A DNA stretch of 64,000 nucleotides, from the NCBI GenBank assembly GCA_036867785.1, contig CP145409.1:930001-994000 (forward strand), given 5' to 3'. A model generated the notes under the pieces. It was not told the DNA's origin. It worked only from the letters and a program-made list of their open reading frames with translations, and made no database searches. Shown here in pieces: positions 1-12,284 of this stretch. The first letter of the stretch is position 1; every line of letters starts with the position of its first letter. The translations under genes and the position numbers were made by a program. The stretch comes from Plasmodiophora brassicae. Its lineage: Eukaryota.

Positions 1-43
1 CCATGGGAGGTGCAATTGCATGTGTGTATATGTATGCAACGGT

Positions 44-801
44 TCAGAGGTCCCTGGTCTCATCGTCCAGTTCGGCTAGGGCGAAGGTGGTCGTGTCGCG
101 TTCGACGTTCACGCTGCGCCTGTTGGCGTTCGGCCTGGTCGGCAGGTAGGCGGCGCTGCCAAAGTTGACGGGCGTCCGGGACCCGGACCCGAGCGTCAGG
201 TTGTTCGCCGTGTTCAGGCTACGCGGCAGGTACGAGTCGAAGTTGCCGGACGACATGGTGAACCCGGGGTAGGCGGCGTTGAACTGGTACTCGGTGCCGA
301 TCGCCGCCGCCGGCTGCTCGGCGATCTGCAGCTGGGGCATCGGCCCCTGGACCTGGTGCTTGATGTCCCAGGCGGCCTCGATGTGGTCCTCGTGCGCCCT
401 GCTGCGATACCGAAGCAGGCGGCGCAGGGGTGACGGCACCCACCGGAAATGGTACATGACGCCGACGACGAGAATGACGAGGCCGCCGACGACGACGATC
501 ACGATGACCGTGCGGGTGATCGTGGGCACGTCGGCGGCCGCCCCCGACTCCAGCGGCGCCAGGCGGCGCGTCGTGGAGCGACACGACCCGGCCTGGTACG
601 ACGAGGTCGGCGAGCATTTCGCGACCGTGATGACCGTGAATTGCATCGCCGACGCCGACGACGTCAGGGCGCCGGCGCGCAGGCGCGTGTTCAGGGCGCT
701 GTTCGGGTCGGGAGCCTGCCGGGCGAGCGCCGACACGACGGCCGCGATCGGCGTGTCGCCCGGCGACGTGGGCGGCAGGATCCAGAACGACGCGTTCACG
801 T

Positions 802-839
<38 letters not shown>

Positions 840-3019
840 AGCGTCACGTGGACGATGCGAGCGCTGTCCAGGATCGGGATGCTCGGGCAGAACGCTGCGA
901 TGACGTCCCGCGCGACGATCTCGTCGGCGTCCTCCGGCAGGTCGGCCGCGGTCACCGACAGCGACATGCTGACGTCGACGGCGTCGACAACGACCGGAGC
1001 GCCGCTGCGCGTCGACGTCATCGTCGTCGGGGCCCTGGTCGTCGGCAACAAATGCTGCGGTGCGCTCCTTGTCGACGCTCGTCGCTGCGTCGACGGGCGC
1101 CGCGATGTCGGGTTTCGGTTACCGGTCGCCCGCCGTGAGGAGCGATTCGCTGATGGAACCGACGTTCGTCTGACGGCGGTGGCCTTCGACGCTGACGCCT
1201 GCCTCGTCGTGGGTGCAACGCTCGACGGGTGTCGGGCTGAAGGACGTCGCGTTGTCGGACGACGCGACGCCGGTTGGCGCCGCGTGGTAGGACCTCGTGA
1301 GGTTGGCTTCCGCGTCGGTCGCCTCGTTGTCGTCGACTTCCCTGGGCGCCGTGTGCCCGTCGACGACAGCCTCGTTGCCAGGCGCCTGGACGATGGGCGC
1401 CGCGTTGAGTGACGACGTGGCGTGGCGGTCGACCGTCGGCTGGTCGTCGGGAGCGCTGCGGTCGGGTGTCTCGTCGTCGGACGACGGCGTGTTGATGGGC
1501 GCCTCGAGGACGGGCGCTTCGTGGTCGCGTGCCGGGTCGCTGTGGATCGACGCTTTGTCGGTGGACGTCCCGTTGTCGGCCCCTTCGACGATGGGCGCCT
1601 GGTTGTCCGATGCCCCGTCGATCGACGTCTCGACGACGACGGCGGCTTCTTCGCGGAAGGCCGTCTGGTTGTCGAACGGCCCGTCGTGGGCGTCCTGGTC
1701 GACCGACGCTTCGTCGTCGGCCGTCGCGTTGTTGAGCGATGCGTTGTGGGCCTCCTCGTTGACGAACGTCGTGTTGACTGTCGCCTCGTCGTGGGCCTCC
1801 TACCAGTTGTCTTGTGCCTCGTCGAGGGCAGCCTCGTTGTCTGTGGCCGTGTCGTCCGACGATGGGTGGTCGTCGGTCGCCTGGTCGAGTGGTGTCGTGT
1901 CGACGGTCGCCTCGTCGATGGCTTCCTAGTTGTCGGCCGCCTCGTCGTGCCTGACCGTGTCGTCCGCCTCCTTGTCGACGAGCGACGTGCTGTTGGCACC
2001 CTGGTTGTCGGGCGACGTGTCGACGGGCGCCTCGATGTTGCCGACCGTGTCGACGGGCGACGCGTTGTTGGCCTCCTGGTCGACGGGTGTCGCGTAGTCG
2101 ATCGTCGTCGTGTTGACGGTCGCCTCGTCGTCGGCCTTCTAGTTGTCCGTCGTCTCGTCGTTGGCTTCCTGGTTGTGGGTCGTCGCGTCGTTGGCTTTCT
2201 GGTGGTGGGTCGCCTCGACGTCGGTTCCCTCGTTGTCGGTCGACGTGTGGTTGGCCTTCTGGTGGTGGGGCGCCGTGTGCTTGGCTTTCTCGTTGTGGGA
2301 TGTCGCGTCGTTGGCTTTCTAGTGGTGGGACGCCGTGTGGTTGGTTTCCTGGTTGTCGGTCGTCGCGTCGTTGGCTTCCTGGTTGTGGGCCGTCGTGTCG
2401 TTGGCTTCCTGGTTGTCGGTCGTCGTGTCGTTGGCTTCCTGGTTGTGGGTCGTCGTGTTGTTGGCTTCCTGGTTGTGGGTCGTCGTGTTGTTGGCTTCCT
2501 GGTTGTGGGTCGTCGTGTGGTTGGCTTCCTGGTGGTCGGTCGTCGTGTTGTTGGCTTCCTGGTTGTCGGTCGTCGTGTCGTTGGCTTCCTGGTGGTCGGT
2601 CGTCGTGTCGTTGGCTTCCTGGTGGTCGGTCGTCGTGTCGTTGGCTTCCTGGTTGTCGGTCGCTGTGTGGTTGGTTTCCTGGTGGTCGGTCGCCGTGTGG
2701 TTGGTTTCCTGGTTGTCGGTCGTCGTGTCGTTGGTTTCCTGGTGGTCGGTCGTCGTGTCGTTGGCTTCCTGGTTGTCGGTCGTCGAGTCGTTGGCTTCCT
2801 GGTTGTGGGACGTCGCGTCGACGGACGCACAGTTATGGGCCTTTGTGTCGTTGGACGCCTCGTCGTAGGGCTCCGGGTTGTTGGACGCCTTGTGGAGTGG
2901 TGTCTGGTTGACGGGCGACGCGTCGTCAAGCGCAACGTCGTCGTCCCGGCAGCGCCGTCCATGACGGCATACAAGATTATCAGCATTGCCACCAGGGCGA
3001 ACGTTCTATGGTGTCCCAT
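44..3019 (-). CDS. Type I membrane mucin-like protein with Thr/Arg/Lys/Pro repeats (~991 aa)
   Basis: Intronless ORF. Likely start MGHHRTFALVAMLIILYAVMDGAAG (signal peptide, ATG 3019), then long TTRRP/TTRKP repeats, a globular juxtamembrane domain, TM TVIVIVVVGGLVILVVGVMY and a cytosolic tail. Confidence 0.8.
804..839. repeat. (GAC)n microsatellite encoding poly-Ser in the mucin-like gene
   Basis: Direct gacgacgac run. Confidence 0.9.
2140..2820. repeat. Coding tandem repeat, 30-bp unit (ttggcttcctggttgtcggtcgtcgtgtcg-like) encoding TTRRPTTRKP
   Basis: Over 20 consecutive units, with variation mostly at synonymous positions for the minus-strand frame. Confidence 0.95.
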
Positions 3020-3322
3020 CCTCGCAGCGGGTGCCCCCGGGCGATGGCGCTGACCTCCCATCCAACAAGATTCTGCCCACTTGACCGATCGTACCATCGG
3101 ATCGCTACGTAAGCCATTACATACAGTTGTCAACGAACCTCGCTGTAAACCGGAGATCACGCGCGCGACACAGAACAACGATCGTATTCCAATTCGCGTA
3201 CATATCATCCCGAAGTACACCAATGCGGTATTCAACGTGTTCGAAGTGGCTGCCCTTCCCGATGTCCCCACATGAGCAATGGGGCTGGCAGACAGCCCGA
3301 GAGCGCGCGAGGCTCGCACAAA

Positions 3323-4408
3323 ATGGCGTCAGAGATCCCCGCCCACGTTTTGCCGGTGGCGTCGCTGCCTGAGGCGACGTTTTTGCGTCATTTCGAGGGA
3401 CGGTCGTTCGCGATGGAGTTCAGGGCGTCAGCGGAGGGGTCGGTCGCCCCGCGGGTCGGCATGCGATCGGTGGCGGACGGGCCGGGTCCGTCCATGAGCT
3501 ACAAAGGCGGACTGCATCCCGTCGATGAGCTCCAGCAACGGGTACCCTGGGTGATCGGTGCGGTCGTCGTGGATCTAACGGTCGACGTAGATGGTGCGCG
3601 ATGATATCAACGGGCGCATCCAGCGAATCCGTCACATGCACGGCAACGGGGCAGCACTGATCGCGCAAATGGAGCTCGCGGTTGTTTCTCAGGTGGAATT
3701 CGAACGGGTTTACAAGTCGGCGCCTGTGTCTGACCTCGCTTGAGCAGGCCCAACGACTGCCAGGCCTTCGTTCCAGCAACATTGGCCTGGAAACGCTGTT
3801 GAACACAGGCGCATCGCTAGACGTGACCGACTATCTCAACGACCCCGACTACAGCGAATGCCCCCGGGACTCGCGTGCCATCATGGAGCGGCGTCTCGGA
3901 CTTCTGTAATCGTGCACGTTCTCCTCCTGGTCGACCCGGCCGAGACTAGAAATACATGCAGACTTGTTGAACTGTGCTACGAGTCTCTGACACGACAGAC
4001 GAGGAAACTGTCGCTCGTCTCGGGATTCGCGGCGCGTGCCGCGGCCGGCGCAATCTGCGGCGCAGATTTCACAGCAACAGGCGGCGGTCCAGGATGGAAG
4101 TGTAAGGCTGCTCGATGGCGAATTGGGGATGCCGGGGTGTAAACGACGTCCTTGATGTAGATTACCGAAGCGCGGCGCGCTGCTGACGGATGCGGAAGCG
4201 CTGCAGTCGCTGCGGGACTGTGCGCGCATCGTGAACGGCAACCGTGACCTGAGCAAGCTGTTCAACGTGCAGGGCAGCTTGTGGATCACGAAAGAGATTG
4301 ATAGTTTCTGTCGTACAACGCCATGTGCGTCGCAGTCGACTGAAGACATCGCAGCGTTTCTAAGTCGTCTCGAAACAGCGATCCCAGGCAAACCATTTTC
4401 CGAGTAAG
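3323..4408 (+). CDS. Hypothetical spliced protein
   Basis: MASEIPAHVLP start followed by coding-like segments separated by GT-AG stretches, ending ...TAIPGKPFSE*. No family recognised. Confidence 0.4.
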
Positions 4409-4580
4409 AGCGCCGCGGGCATCCAATAGCGTTTATGTGGAAGCTGACTAGGCCCGCTGTGTTCTTTATAGCAAAGAAAAGGTTCAGCTGGTCAACCTGC
4501 GTCCCGCATCGCTCGTCGAAGTTCACACGATCATTGATAATAGTGAAGAGCGATTCACGGAAGACGATATCTTGCAACTA

Positions 4581-5064
4581 CTAGACGTTATAGAAGAGAC
4601 TCTGCCAATAAACGAGAGCCGTTAGAGATCCGAACGTTCTCCTCTGCACCCGTCTCTCCTTTCTCGTACCTTCGTGATTGATCGTAAATGCAGGGGAAGA
4701 CGACGACGACGCAGATAGGATTTCGGCGCCAGGCAGAGGTTCCGCGCGATGGGCATTCAGCGCCGCCAGGGTTTCCGCAAGGCGATCGCGAATATCGTTC
4801 AACGCTGGTCGCACCGTGTCGGACAGGTATGCGCTGAGCTGAATGAAATTCCTGGCGCGTAACGACTCGTCCCGCCCTCGGCCATGATCGCCTATCATCC
4901 GACAGTCACCATGACAGGCCACACGCAACACGACTGCACGGCTTACTCGCCAAAGCACCGGCGACGTCCTGCGCCGTCGCTGGCTGCAGGCGCTCCAAGT
5001 CGGCAAAGATGTCACTGGTGGACAGATCGGCAGACGACGGCGTCGCGCCACCCGACGCGGCCAT
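4581..5064 (-). CDS. Hypothetical protein (spliced)
   Basis: MAASGGATPSSADLST exon plus helical exon RARNFIQLSAYLSDTVRPALNDIRDRLAE. The 3' end is uncertain. Confidence 0.3.
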
Positions 5065-5263
5065 TGCGCACTGCTTGGCGCTTCTATTCGGAAAACTAAT
5101 ACCGCTCCCGCCCTGCCTCTGCAGAGACGAGGAGGACGTATAGCCAGCAATGCAGTAAATGGGCAACGGAACGAAATGGTTTGGCATTAGGACGAGCAGC
5201 CACGGGGTGACACTTGAGCTATTTATTGGCCATCTTGGAGGGGATGTGTTGCCTGACTGACAG

Positions 5264-6094
5264 TCAGAACTCCTTCTGCTTCTTGAGGCGGTGCTCACGA
5301 TCCTCCTCGATCGAGAGGCGCACGCCGCCACCACGGGGCAGGGTGACCCACGGCTCCTCGCCCTTACCGATGACGAAGACGTTGTCGATACGCGTAGCGA
5401 ACGTGTGTCCCTTTCGGTCACGGACGCGGACAATGTCGAAGGCGGCATCGTGACGGTCGCGGCCAACGATCGTGCCGATACGGCCACAGTTGTTACCAGC
5501 GGTGATCATCGCCAGCTGGCCGAGGTCGAACTTGATGAAATCGACGACGTTGCCGGTCGTAAGGTCGACCTTGACGGTGTCGTTTACGCGAATGACAGGG
5601 TCCGGGTACCGGATCGTTCGGCCATCGTGCGTAACAATGAATGGAACCGCGGCGAGCTGGCCGAAGTGGTTCGGGTTGCGGCCGACGCTGGTCTTGTTGC
5701 CCTTGGAGAGCTTCTTGACGCGGCACAGCTTGTAGTTAGCCTCGCTCTCCTTGATCTTCTGCAGAAGGAAGCGACCTTTGGTGTCGTACAGAATGCGGAA
5801 GTTCTCGTTGGTCTTCTCAATCGTGACGACGTCCATGAAACCAGCCGGGAAGTTGACATCCGTGCGGACCTTGGTGTCGATCTTGATCGAGCGGTTCATG
5901 ACGATAACCATGCACTCGCGACGCGTAAGCGCATACTTCAGGCGGTTGCGCAGAAGGATAACGAGCGGGATCGACTCTCGCAGCTTATGCGGACCCGGCG
6001 ATGGGCGGGGCGCGAAGATGCCGCCCAGCTTGCTGAGCATCCATTTGCGAGGGGCATTGAGCCGCTTCAAGTGTTTCTTCGGTCCACGCGCCAT
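5264..6094 (-). CDS. RPS4: 40S ribosomal protein S4 (eS4)
   Basis: [15 protein letters not shown]...[25 protein letters not shown]. Intronless, 276 aa. Confidence 0.98.
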   Translation of the reverse strand: MARGPKKHLKRLNAPRKWMLSKLGGIFAPRPSPGPHKLRESIPLVILLRNRLKYALTRRECMVIVMNRSIKIDTKVRTDVNFPAGFMDVVTIEKTNENFRILYDTKGRFLLQKIKESEANYKLCRVKKLSKGNKTSVGRNPNHFGQLAAVPFIVTHDGRTIRYPDPVIRVNDTVKVDLTTGNVVDFIKFDLGQLAMITAGNNCGRIGTIVGRDRHDAAFDIVRVRDRKGHTFATRIDNVFVIGKGEEPWVTLPRGGGVRLSIEEDREHRLKKQKEF

Positions 6095-6805
6095 TGTGGA
6101 TCAACACCTCCTAGCAAGGGTAATGTCCAAGCGTGCCGCAGCGACTCCGCGGACCCCGTGGCGGAGTTCATCTATATACGTGCGTGCCCTAATAATGCTG
6201 CAGATGGGTTCCTGTAGATCTCGTGCGAGTTACTCCCTGAACCGCGTTGGCTGTCACGTGTTTGGTATGATTTCGCAGCAAGACTAACGGTACGTGCTAA
6301 AAACTAGTCAAGTACTCCTGTTTTACTCGAAGGTGTGAGGCTTGGATTTGATGTTCCGCGGTCCACATGCGATCGAGTTACAAGAGTCCATGCCCCATGG
6401 CCCATGGAGAATAGTACACGCGTAAAAAATGAGAGTGTTAATTTCACTTCAGACTTGCTTCCATGCGGAGCAGGCCTGCCCCTTTCCGATCCCATCGATG
6501 CCACCGGCACCCTAGTAGATCATTACACATGATTACCCGTATGCGAACCAGTGCTGGGAGTGACTGACGATAGAATCGTAGCGCCTGGAACTTATGCTCT
6601 GACTACATCTTGAAGTCTGGAGACGGCGCAGATGAGCATACGTATGCACACAGCACAACGACACACCGCAAAATGAACATGGCGCACGGCAGGAGTCGAA
6701 ACCGGCTGTCCTGTGCGATTGGCAGCGCAGGTCCCGACCAGTATACCGTGGCTGTGTGAGAGCGCGGCGCATTTTGTGTCTCCGTGAAGTCCGGAAGCAT
6801 TCGCC

Positions 6806-7295
6806 ATGGAAGAGGCTGGCTACAATACGGACAGCAATGACGATATCGACGATCGTATTCTGCCTGACCAGCTCATCTTCAATGAGGGCGCCGTTGCTGA
6901 ACGGAAGTACGACCGCATGTGACGAACGAGGGACCCCTACCACTCATGACGTTTCCAGGACCCTGTACGACAAACTCACGCCCGAGCAGCGCCTGCGTTT
7001 TGAGGCACTGTCTCGATGCAGATTAGCGCCGCTCCACATTCGAATGGCAATGCAGTCTGCTTTGCGGACCAGCCGGAAACCGCCTGAAACCGCCGTCATC
7101 GTCATGAACAGCATGTGCAAAGTGTTCGTCGCCGACCTGGTCCGCCGGTCGGTTATCGTCCAACAGGACTGGGGCCAAACGGGCCCTCTTCGTCCCGTCC
7201 ACATCCGCGAGGCTATTCGGCGGTCGCGACGCCAATCCCACGACCCCGGTTCGTCACCTGCCGCGTCGCAGCGTCGCGAACTGTTCAGACGATAG
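6806..7295 (+). CDS. TAF11: TFIID subunit 11 (histone fold)
   Basis: Exon 1 MEEAGYNTDS..., intron 6919-6958, then LTPEQRLRFEALSR...MCKVFVADLV...GPLRPVHIREAIRR, typical of TAF11. Confidence 0.85.
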
Positions 7296-7408
7296 ATTAA
7301 GATGTCGTCCTGAGGCGACTGATCAGCCGGAGTCATTGACCTAAACTGGTACATAGAGTAAAAAACATGCATATTCATACAATTGTTCGCCCGGTGGCCG
7401 TTGCTCAA

Positions 7409-8568
7409 ATGGTTCCGCGCGCGTACGTGCTGGCGATTGGGCTCGCGCTGACGTTGTCCATCGGTGCGTCCGAAGCCACGGTGAACCTCGTCGTTAACAC
7501 GTGGGCGTTCACGGCGGCTACGGATGCTGCCTGGCGGGTGATGATGAAAGACGGTGCACGCGCCGTTGATGTCGTCGAAGCCGGCTGTGCGACCTGCGAG
7601 GAAGAGCAGTGTGGCGGGACGGTCGGATGGGGCGGTAGCCCGGACGAGAACGGCGAAACCACGCTAGACGCTATGATTATGGATGGGACAACCATGAATG
7701 CTGGGTCAGTTGCCGCCCTTCGTCAGGTTGGCAACGCGGTTGCTGTTGCACGTGCGATTATGGAAGGGACAGAACATACGACGCTCTGTGGCAGTCAAGC
7801 AACCGATTTCGCGTCGACGGCGCTGGGGATGACTCCAAGGGACATATCGAGCGCGCGTTCCAGAGCCGCCCATGACGAATGGAAGGCGAATAACTGCCAG
7901 CCGAACTTCTGGGCCAAGTCTGGCCAGATCCGACCTGATAGCACGCTGCACTGTGGACCGTACAAGTTTGGGAGGTCGAATGGTCAGGCGACGAGGGAAC
8001 CGGTGACCACCAGCCACGATACCATCTCGATGGTTGCCATCGCCGATGGCAACGTCGCATCGGCAACGTCGACAAATGGGGCGACATTCAAAATCGCTGG
8101 GCGTGTTGGGGATGGCCCCATCATTGGATCTGTATGGGCTTGGGGGAGAGGTCCAATCGTTTTGATCCTGAGGGAACGTTTCGCAGGGCAGCTATGCAGA
8201 TACTCGTGTTGGCGGGTGTGGAAGCACAGGCGATGGCGACATCATGATGAGGTTCCTACCGTGCTATCAAGCGGTTGAGAACATGCGCTTAGGTGTGTAA
8301 TCTGATACCCGAATTGTGCTTTGGCTTACCAACGCCTATGTCAGGAATGTCGCCTACCGAAGCAGCGCGAGACGCGATTAACCGTATTGCCGACGTCTTT
8401 CCACACTTCAATGGTGCCGTTATCGCTGTTAACGTTGATGGGATGCATGGCGCAGCAACCCATGGATTTGATCCGTTCCCGTATTCGTTCCGCTTCGCTA
8501 ACGAATCACAGTCGAGCATTGCCTACGTTCATCCGCATCGAGGACGCCGCCCTGTTGCAACGAAATAG
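7409..8568 (+). CDS. AGA: Aspartylglucosaminidase (Ntn hydrolase)
   Basis: Signal peptide, [38 protein letters not shown], autocleavage site [14 protein letters not shown]. Two introns. Confidence 0.95.
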
Positions 8569-8606
8569 AGGCCTCTTTAGTAGGACAGCCTGCGTGCTTG
8601 CCGACG

Positions 8607-10420
8607 TCAGATCATTTCGAAGTAGCGCTTCCTCTCCCAATCAGTGACCGTCTTGTTGAACGTCTCGAATTCGCTTTGATAGAATCTGGCGTAATGCTCG
8701 ACGACATCGTCTCCAAATGCCTCGCGCGCGAATTCTGATGACTCGAAAGCAGATACCGCTGCCGGCAGCGTCTTGGCAACTTCTGGTATCTGCCGAGCTT
8801 CGTAGATATTGCCATTAAAGCAAGGTGGTGGTTCAAGCTTCTGTTTGATGCCTTCCAGTCCTGACGCTAACGATGCCGCGAAGACGAGGTACGGATTGAC
8901 GTCAGCCCCTTCAAACGTAATCAGCATCATGGCTAGTGGAGCTAGGTGCAGACGGACCTGGGATCCGACACTCAATCCGCAAGCTCTTTCCCTTACCAAC
9001 TGCACGATATCCTGCAGTGCGGTTGTCGTATGACCCTGAACATCACGATCGACGCGTTAGCGGAGGACAAAGCTGGGCCCTAAACCAGGACTACAAGCGA
9101 GGCGTGTTGGTGCCCAAGACGACGATTGAAACCTCTTGTAGGAGTTCACGGTTGGCGCATAAAACGGCATGCAATCTGGAGTGAACTTTAACCAGCCTGA
9201 GCAGCACGATCAGAGACGGTGCTAATATCAAAAGAAACGGTCGACCTGCGAGAAACCAGCGGAACTCATCAGAGCACTTGACTCCGTCGAAATCCTGATC
9301 ACCGACGAACGCGTTGGCCGTGTTGCCATCCGCGTCCTGATGCCATAGGCTGAGATGGACATGGCACCCACTGCCAGTCGCGTCTGTGAACGGCTTTGCC
9401 ATGAAAGTGACGCTACACGTCTTGGCATCGGCTACCTCTTTGAGGCACTGCTTGTAGACGACGTGGCGATCCGACATACAGAGAGGCTCTGCATACTTCA
9501 CGTTCAGTTCGTGCTGTCCAATGCCAGCTTCGCCTTTCGAATTCTCGACGGGAATTCCCGACAACCTAAGTGACTTTTCGTTCGTTTCAAAGGTTACATT
9601 CAGGATGGGTTGTTTGATACCGGAGATGCTTTCTGAATTCAGCAGTGAGGTCCTCTTCACGGGCCGTTTGCAGCAAATGATAATCTTCTACATGGTTGGA
9701 AACCGGGATGATTGCTTCCTGGTCGAAACCAGATTTGTGAGCGTGATCGTACGATGTACGGTACTGGTAGTATTCCAACTCTAGGTGTTAACACGTAGTA
9801 AATCTGAGTTGCCCCTCCATGATCCGCTTTCGCGTACCTGTTGCAGCAAGGACATTGTACCCGCTCTTGTCGGCACGGTCCAGCTGTCGACGAAGCATCG
9901 AGCGAGGTGCGTATTGCACTAAATCGTGAGGGTCTTTGTTATAGTGGACATCACAAAGGACGAGGGCCGCCTCCTCCATCCACGAAGCGATTCGAAGTGA
10001 CGACAAGTCGGGCACCAAATGCATGTCCCCATATCCTATTGGCATCTTATTACGATGCTAACGAACGTGCTGAAAACGTGCTATACCTTTCTCCCAGTTA
10101 GCAAATTTGAATCCGGGAATGGGCGCCATATTCATGTCACACGCCAGCAAGTAATCGCAGCAGTGCGTACCATTGTCCAGGCAATCATGCATGAAGAATT
10201 CAGCGTCGAATCGCTTACCCATCATCCGCCCATAGATATCGGTAAACCCGACAACAACGCTGGACACCGACCCATCTGTACCCACGCATTAGCGCCATCC
10301 ATTGCACGAACCTACCACCCCCGTACTCTGCACCATCGACCTCAACTCGTCAACGTTCAGATGCCCTAACGTTGCCTTGCTGGCCAGTCGGCGAATCCCT
10401 CTTCTCCATAGCGGTATCAT
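8607..10420 (-). CDS. Glutamine synthetase-like gamma-glutamyl ligase (GlnA4/PuuA-type)
   Basis: Spliced exons FTDIYGRMMGKR, GYGDMHLVPDL, GEAGIGQHELN, TFMAKP..GSGCHVHLSLW, DNRTAGYR, GADVNPYL, VTDWERKRYFE. Confidence 0.9.
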
Positions 10421-11060
10421 GACTCAGAGAATGCGCCGCCACACCCGACAGACAAAAAGATGCCCGGCGCCCACCATCACGTGGCCCCGTCATTTCCCGA
10501 CGTTGAATTCCGAATTCGGCACCCAAAACGAACCCCGTCGCGTGGGGCCGACAGGCGAGGAGAGCAAGTGCCCGGGTAGCCCGGTTCGGACACGGTGGCA
10601 GCTCAGTGGACAGCGGCACATCTGTTCTCCCGCTTCGGCTGCTCCTCCTACTGCTGCAAGTTTGGCGGGTCGTTTAGCTGTCGGGAAATTATGACCATGG
10701 GTATACCGTTTCGCTTTCCGCATCATGAGCGACGAACGCCGTTGGTTGGTGCACTTGGTCTTCAACCCGGGCTGTCATCGGGGCTCAGGTCTGAACTGAC
10801 TCCGGGATGAACGCGCTTCCAGGTTTGCCAGAGAACATCTTGTCGTGTCGGTAATTGCTGATCGGGTACAGGGACTGGAGCCCGGGTTCGTTCAACGCCG
10901 GCGTGATCGGTATGTTCAACACGGTGTGCCAATCTGTGATAGGTCGATTTCGGATGATAGGATGTTGGGTTATCCTGCACATGCTTGGAAGATCGATCTC
11001 GGGTACGGGGGCGATCTTGAGCAGAATCGTGGTTAGGTGGGTGGCAGCGGAGCCGCTGTG

Positions 11061-11999
11061 ATGGAGGACCCGCAGCGCCTAATTGCTGACTGGATCCCAC
11101 CCGACCTGAAGCCTCCCGTCTGGGTCGACCGAAAGGCCTATTCAGCGTGCAGGTCGTGCGGGCAGACGTTCCATGGCAAACCATTCCACTGCCGGTTGTG
11201 CGGCGAGATGTTCGATGACAAGTGCACGGCGAAGTACCACGTCCCTGACCCGTTCAAAGTCAAGAACAAACCTGGCCCGTGCCGGGTTTGCTTCGGCTGC
11301 CGTAATCTGTGCATGGCGTACCGCGACCACCGGACCGGGATGAACCTGACTGACGCCAGAAAGCCCATGTTCCGATGCAACATCGTCGATGGCATTCGGC
11401 ATATATATCCGCCGGCCGGCTGGCAGACAGCGGACGTTGACGGCGAAATGTGCAAGACATGTTGTCGAACCGGAGTGAAGCGTCATCACTGCCTTGTCTG
11501 TGGCGAGCTGTCCTGCGGCGACTGCTCATCGAAAATGGATGTCCCGCGGGCGTTCAACCTGAAGCAGAAATCAGGCCCGCAACGGGTTTGCAATGAGTGC
11601 CGGTTTCTAATCGTCGAGGGCGCTGTTCTCTGCGAATTCGCGTCTCAGGGCCAGTTCCTGCCCTTTCAGAAGGTGTTCACTCCGAGAACGCCCCAGAGCC
11701 AAAAGGCTTCTCCGCCGACCTCACTGGCTCAACCTACAGTACCCGAAACCGCCATCATTCTTCGTGTGGAGTGGGCAGACGGGGATGGATTTGTCACCAA
11801 CTTGAAAGTTGGCGAGTTATGGGATTTAGACATCATCAACAAGGTCTTATGCGACCAGTGCGTGCTTGAACGGGAGTTCGTCTACCTGTGCAAGGGCAGG
11901 CCTGTGGCGCGCGAGCACTGGACTGCATTCATAGCAAGGGACCTTAGGCCCACACTGTATATTCGCCGCGCTTCCTTCACCATTAGATATGTGCAATAA
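11061..11999 (+). CDS. Tandem FYVE-like zinc finger protein
   Basis: Two Cys clusters: CRSC..HCRLCG..C..RVCFGC and CKTC..KRHHCLVCG..CGDC..RVCNEC. The 3' end may continue in a further exon. Confidence 0.75.
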   Translation: MEDPQRLIADWIPPDLKPPVWVDRKAYSACRSCGQTFHGKPFHCRLCGEMFDDKCTAKYHVPDPFKVKNKPGPCRVCFGCRNLCMAYRDHRTGMNLTDARKPMFRCNIVDGIRHIYPPAGWQTADVDGEMCKTCCRTGVKRHHCLVCGELSCGDCSSKMDVPRAFNLKQKSGPQRVCNECRFLIVEGAVLCEFASQGQFLPFQKVFTPRTPQSQKASPPTSLAQPTVPETAIILRVEWADGDGFVTNLKVGELWDLDIINKVLCDQCVLEREFVYLCKGRPVAREHWTAFIARDLRPTLYIRRASFTIRYVQ

Positions 12000-12284
12000 A
12001 CTATTCATCAGCACGCTACGTATCAGGCTGAATCCAACGCGTATAGGATCAAATAAACCACGCATTGGGACGTTGCATTCCTGGAGCTGACGACCCAGAA
12101 AGGTGGCTACATCGGTACGCCATGTTTACGTCCCCCACTTTCCGTTGCTGCCCTCGGTTCTACAGACGTCGTACTTGGCCTATAGACATTCGACATCATG
12201 TCGTCACCGTCACCAGCAATCGCAGCACGCTCAGACTTGTCACAATAGACGCGTTTACTACTAGCCATGATGTGAGGCGTAAGT

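Noticed and set aside
2140-2820. Regular 30-bp repeats as a CRISPR array
   Set aside because: No unique spacers, lies within a CDS, eukaryotic context, and no cas operon. The Cas4-like nuclease is 22 kb away and spliced.
279-3053. Long plus-strand ORFs (VVGRRVVGFL, WLSVVVSLAS repeats)
   Set aside because: Shadow frames of the repeat. Signal peptide, TM and synonymous variation all favour the minus-strand frame.
5291-6217. 308-aa ORF antisense to RPS4 (likewise 33299-34159 against RPF1)
   Set aside because: Antisense shadows of conserved genes.
6529-6602. Possible C/D box snoRNA (atgatta...ctga)
   Set aside because: Imperfect C box, no terminal stem, and no rRNA guide recognised.
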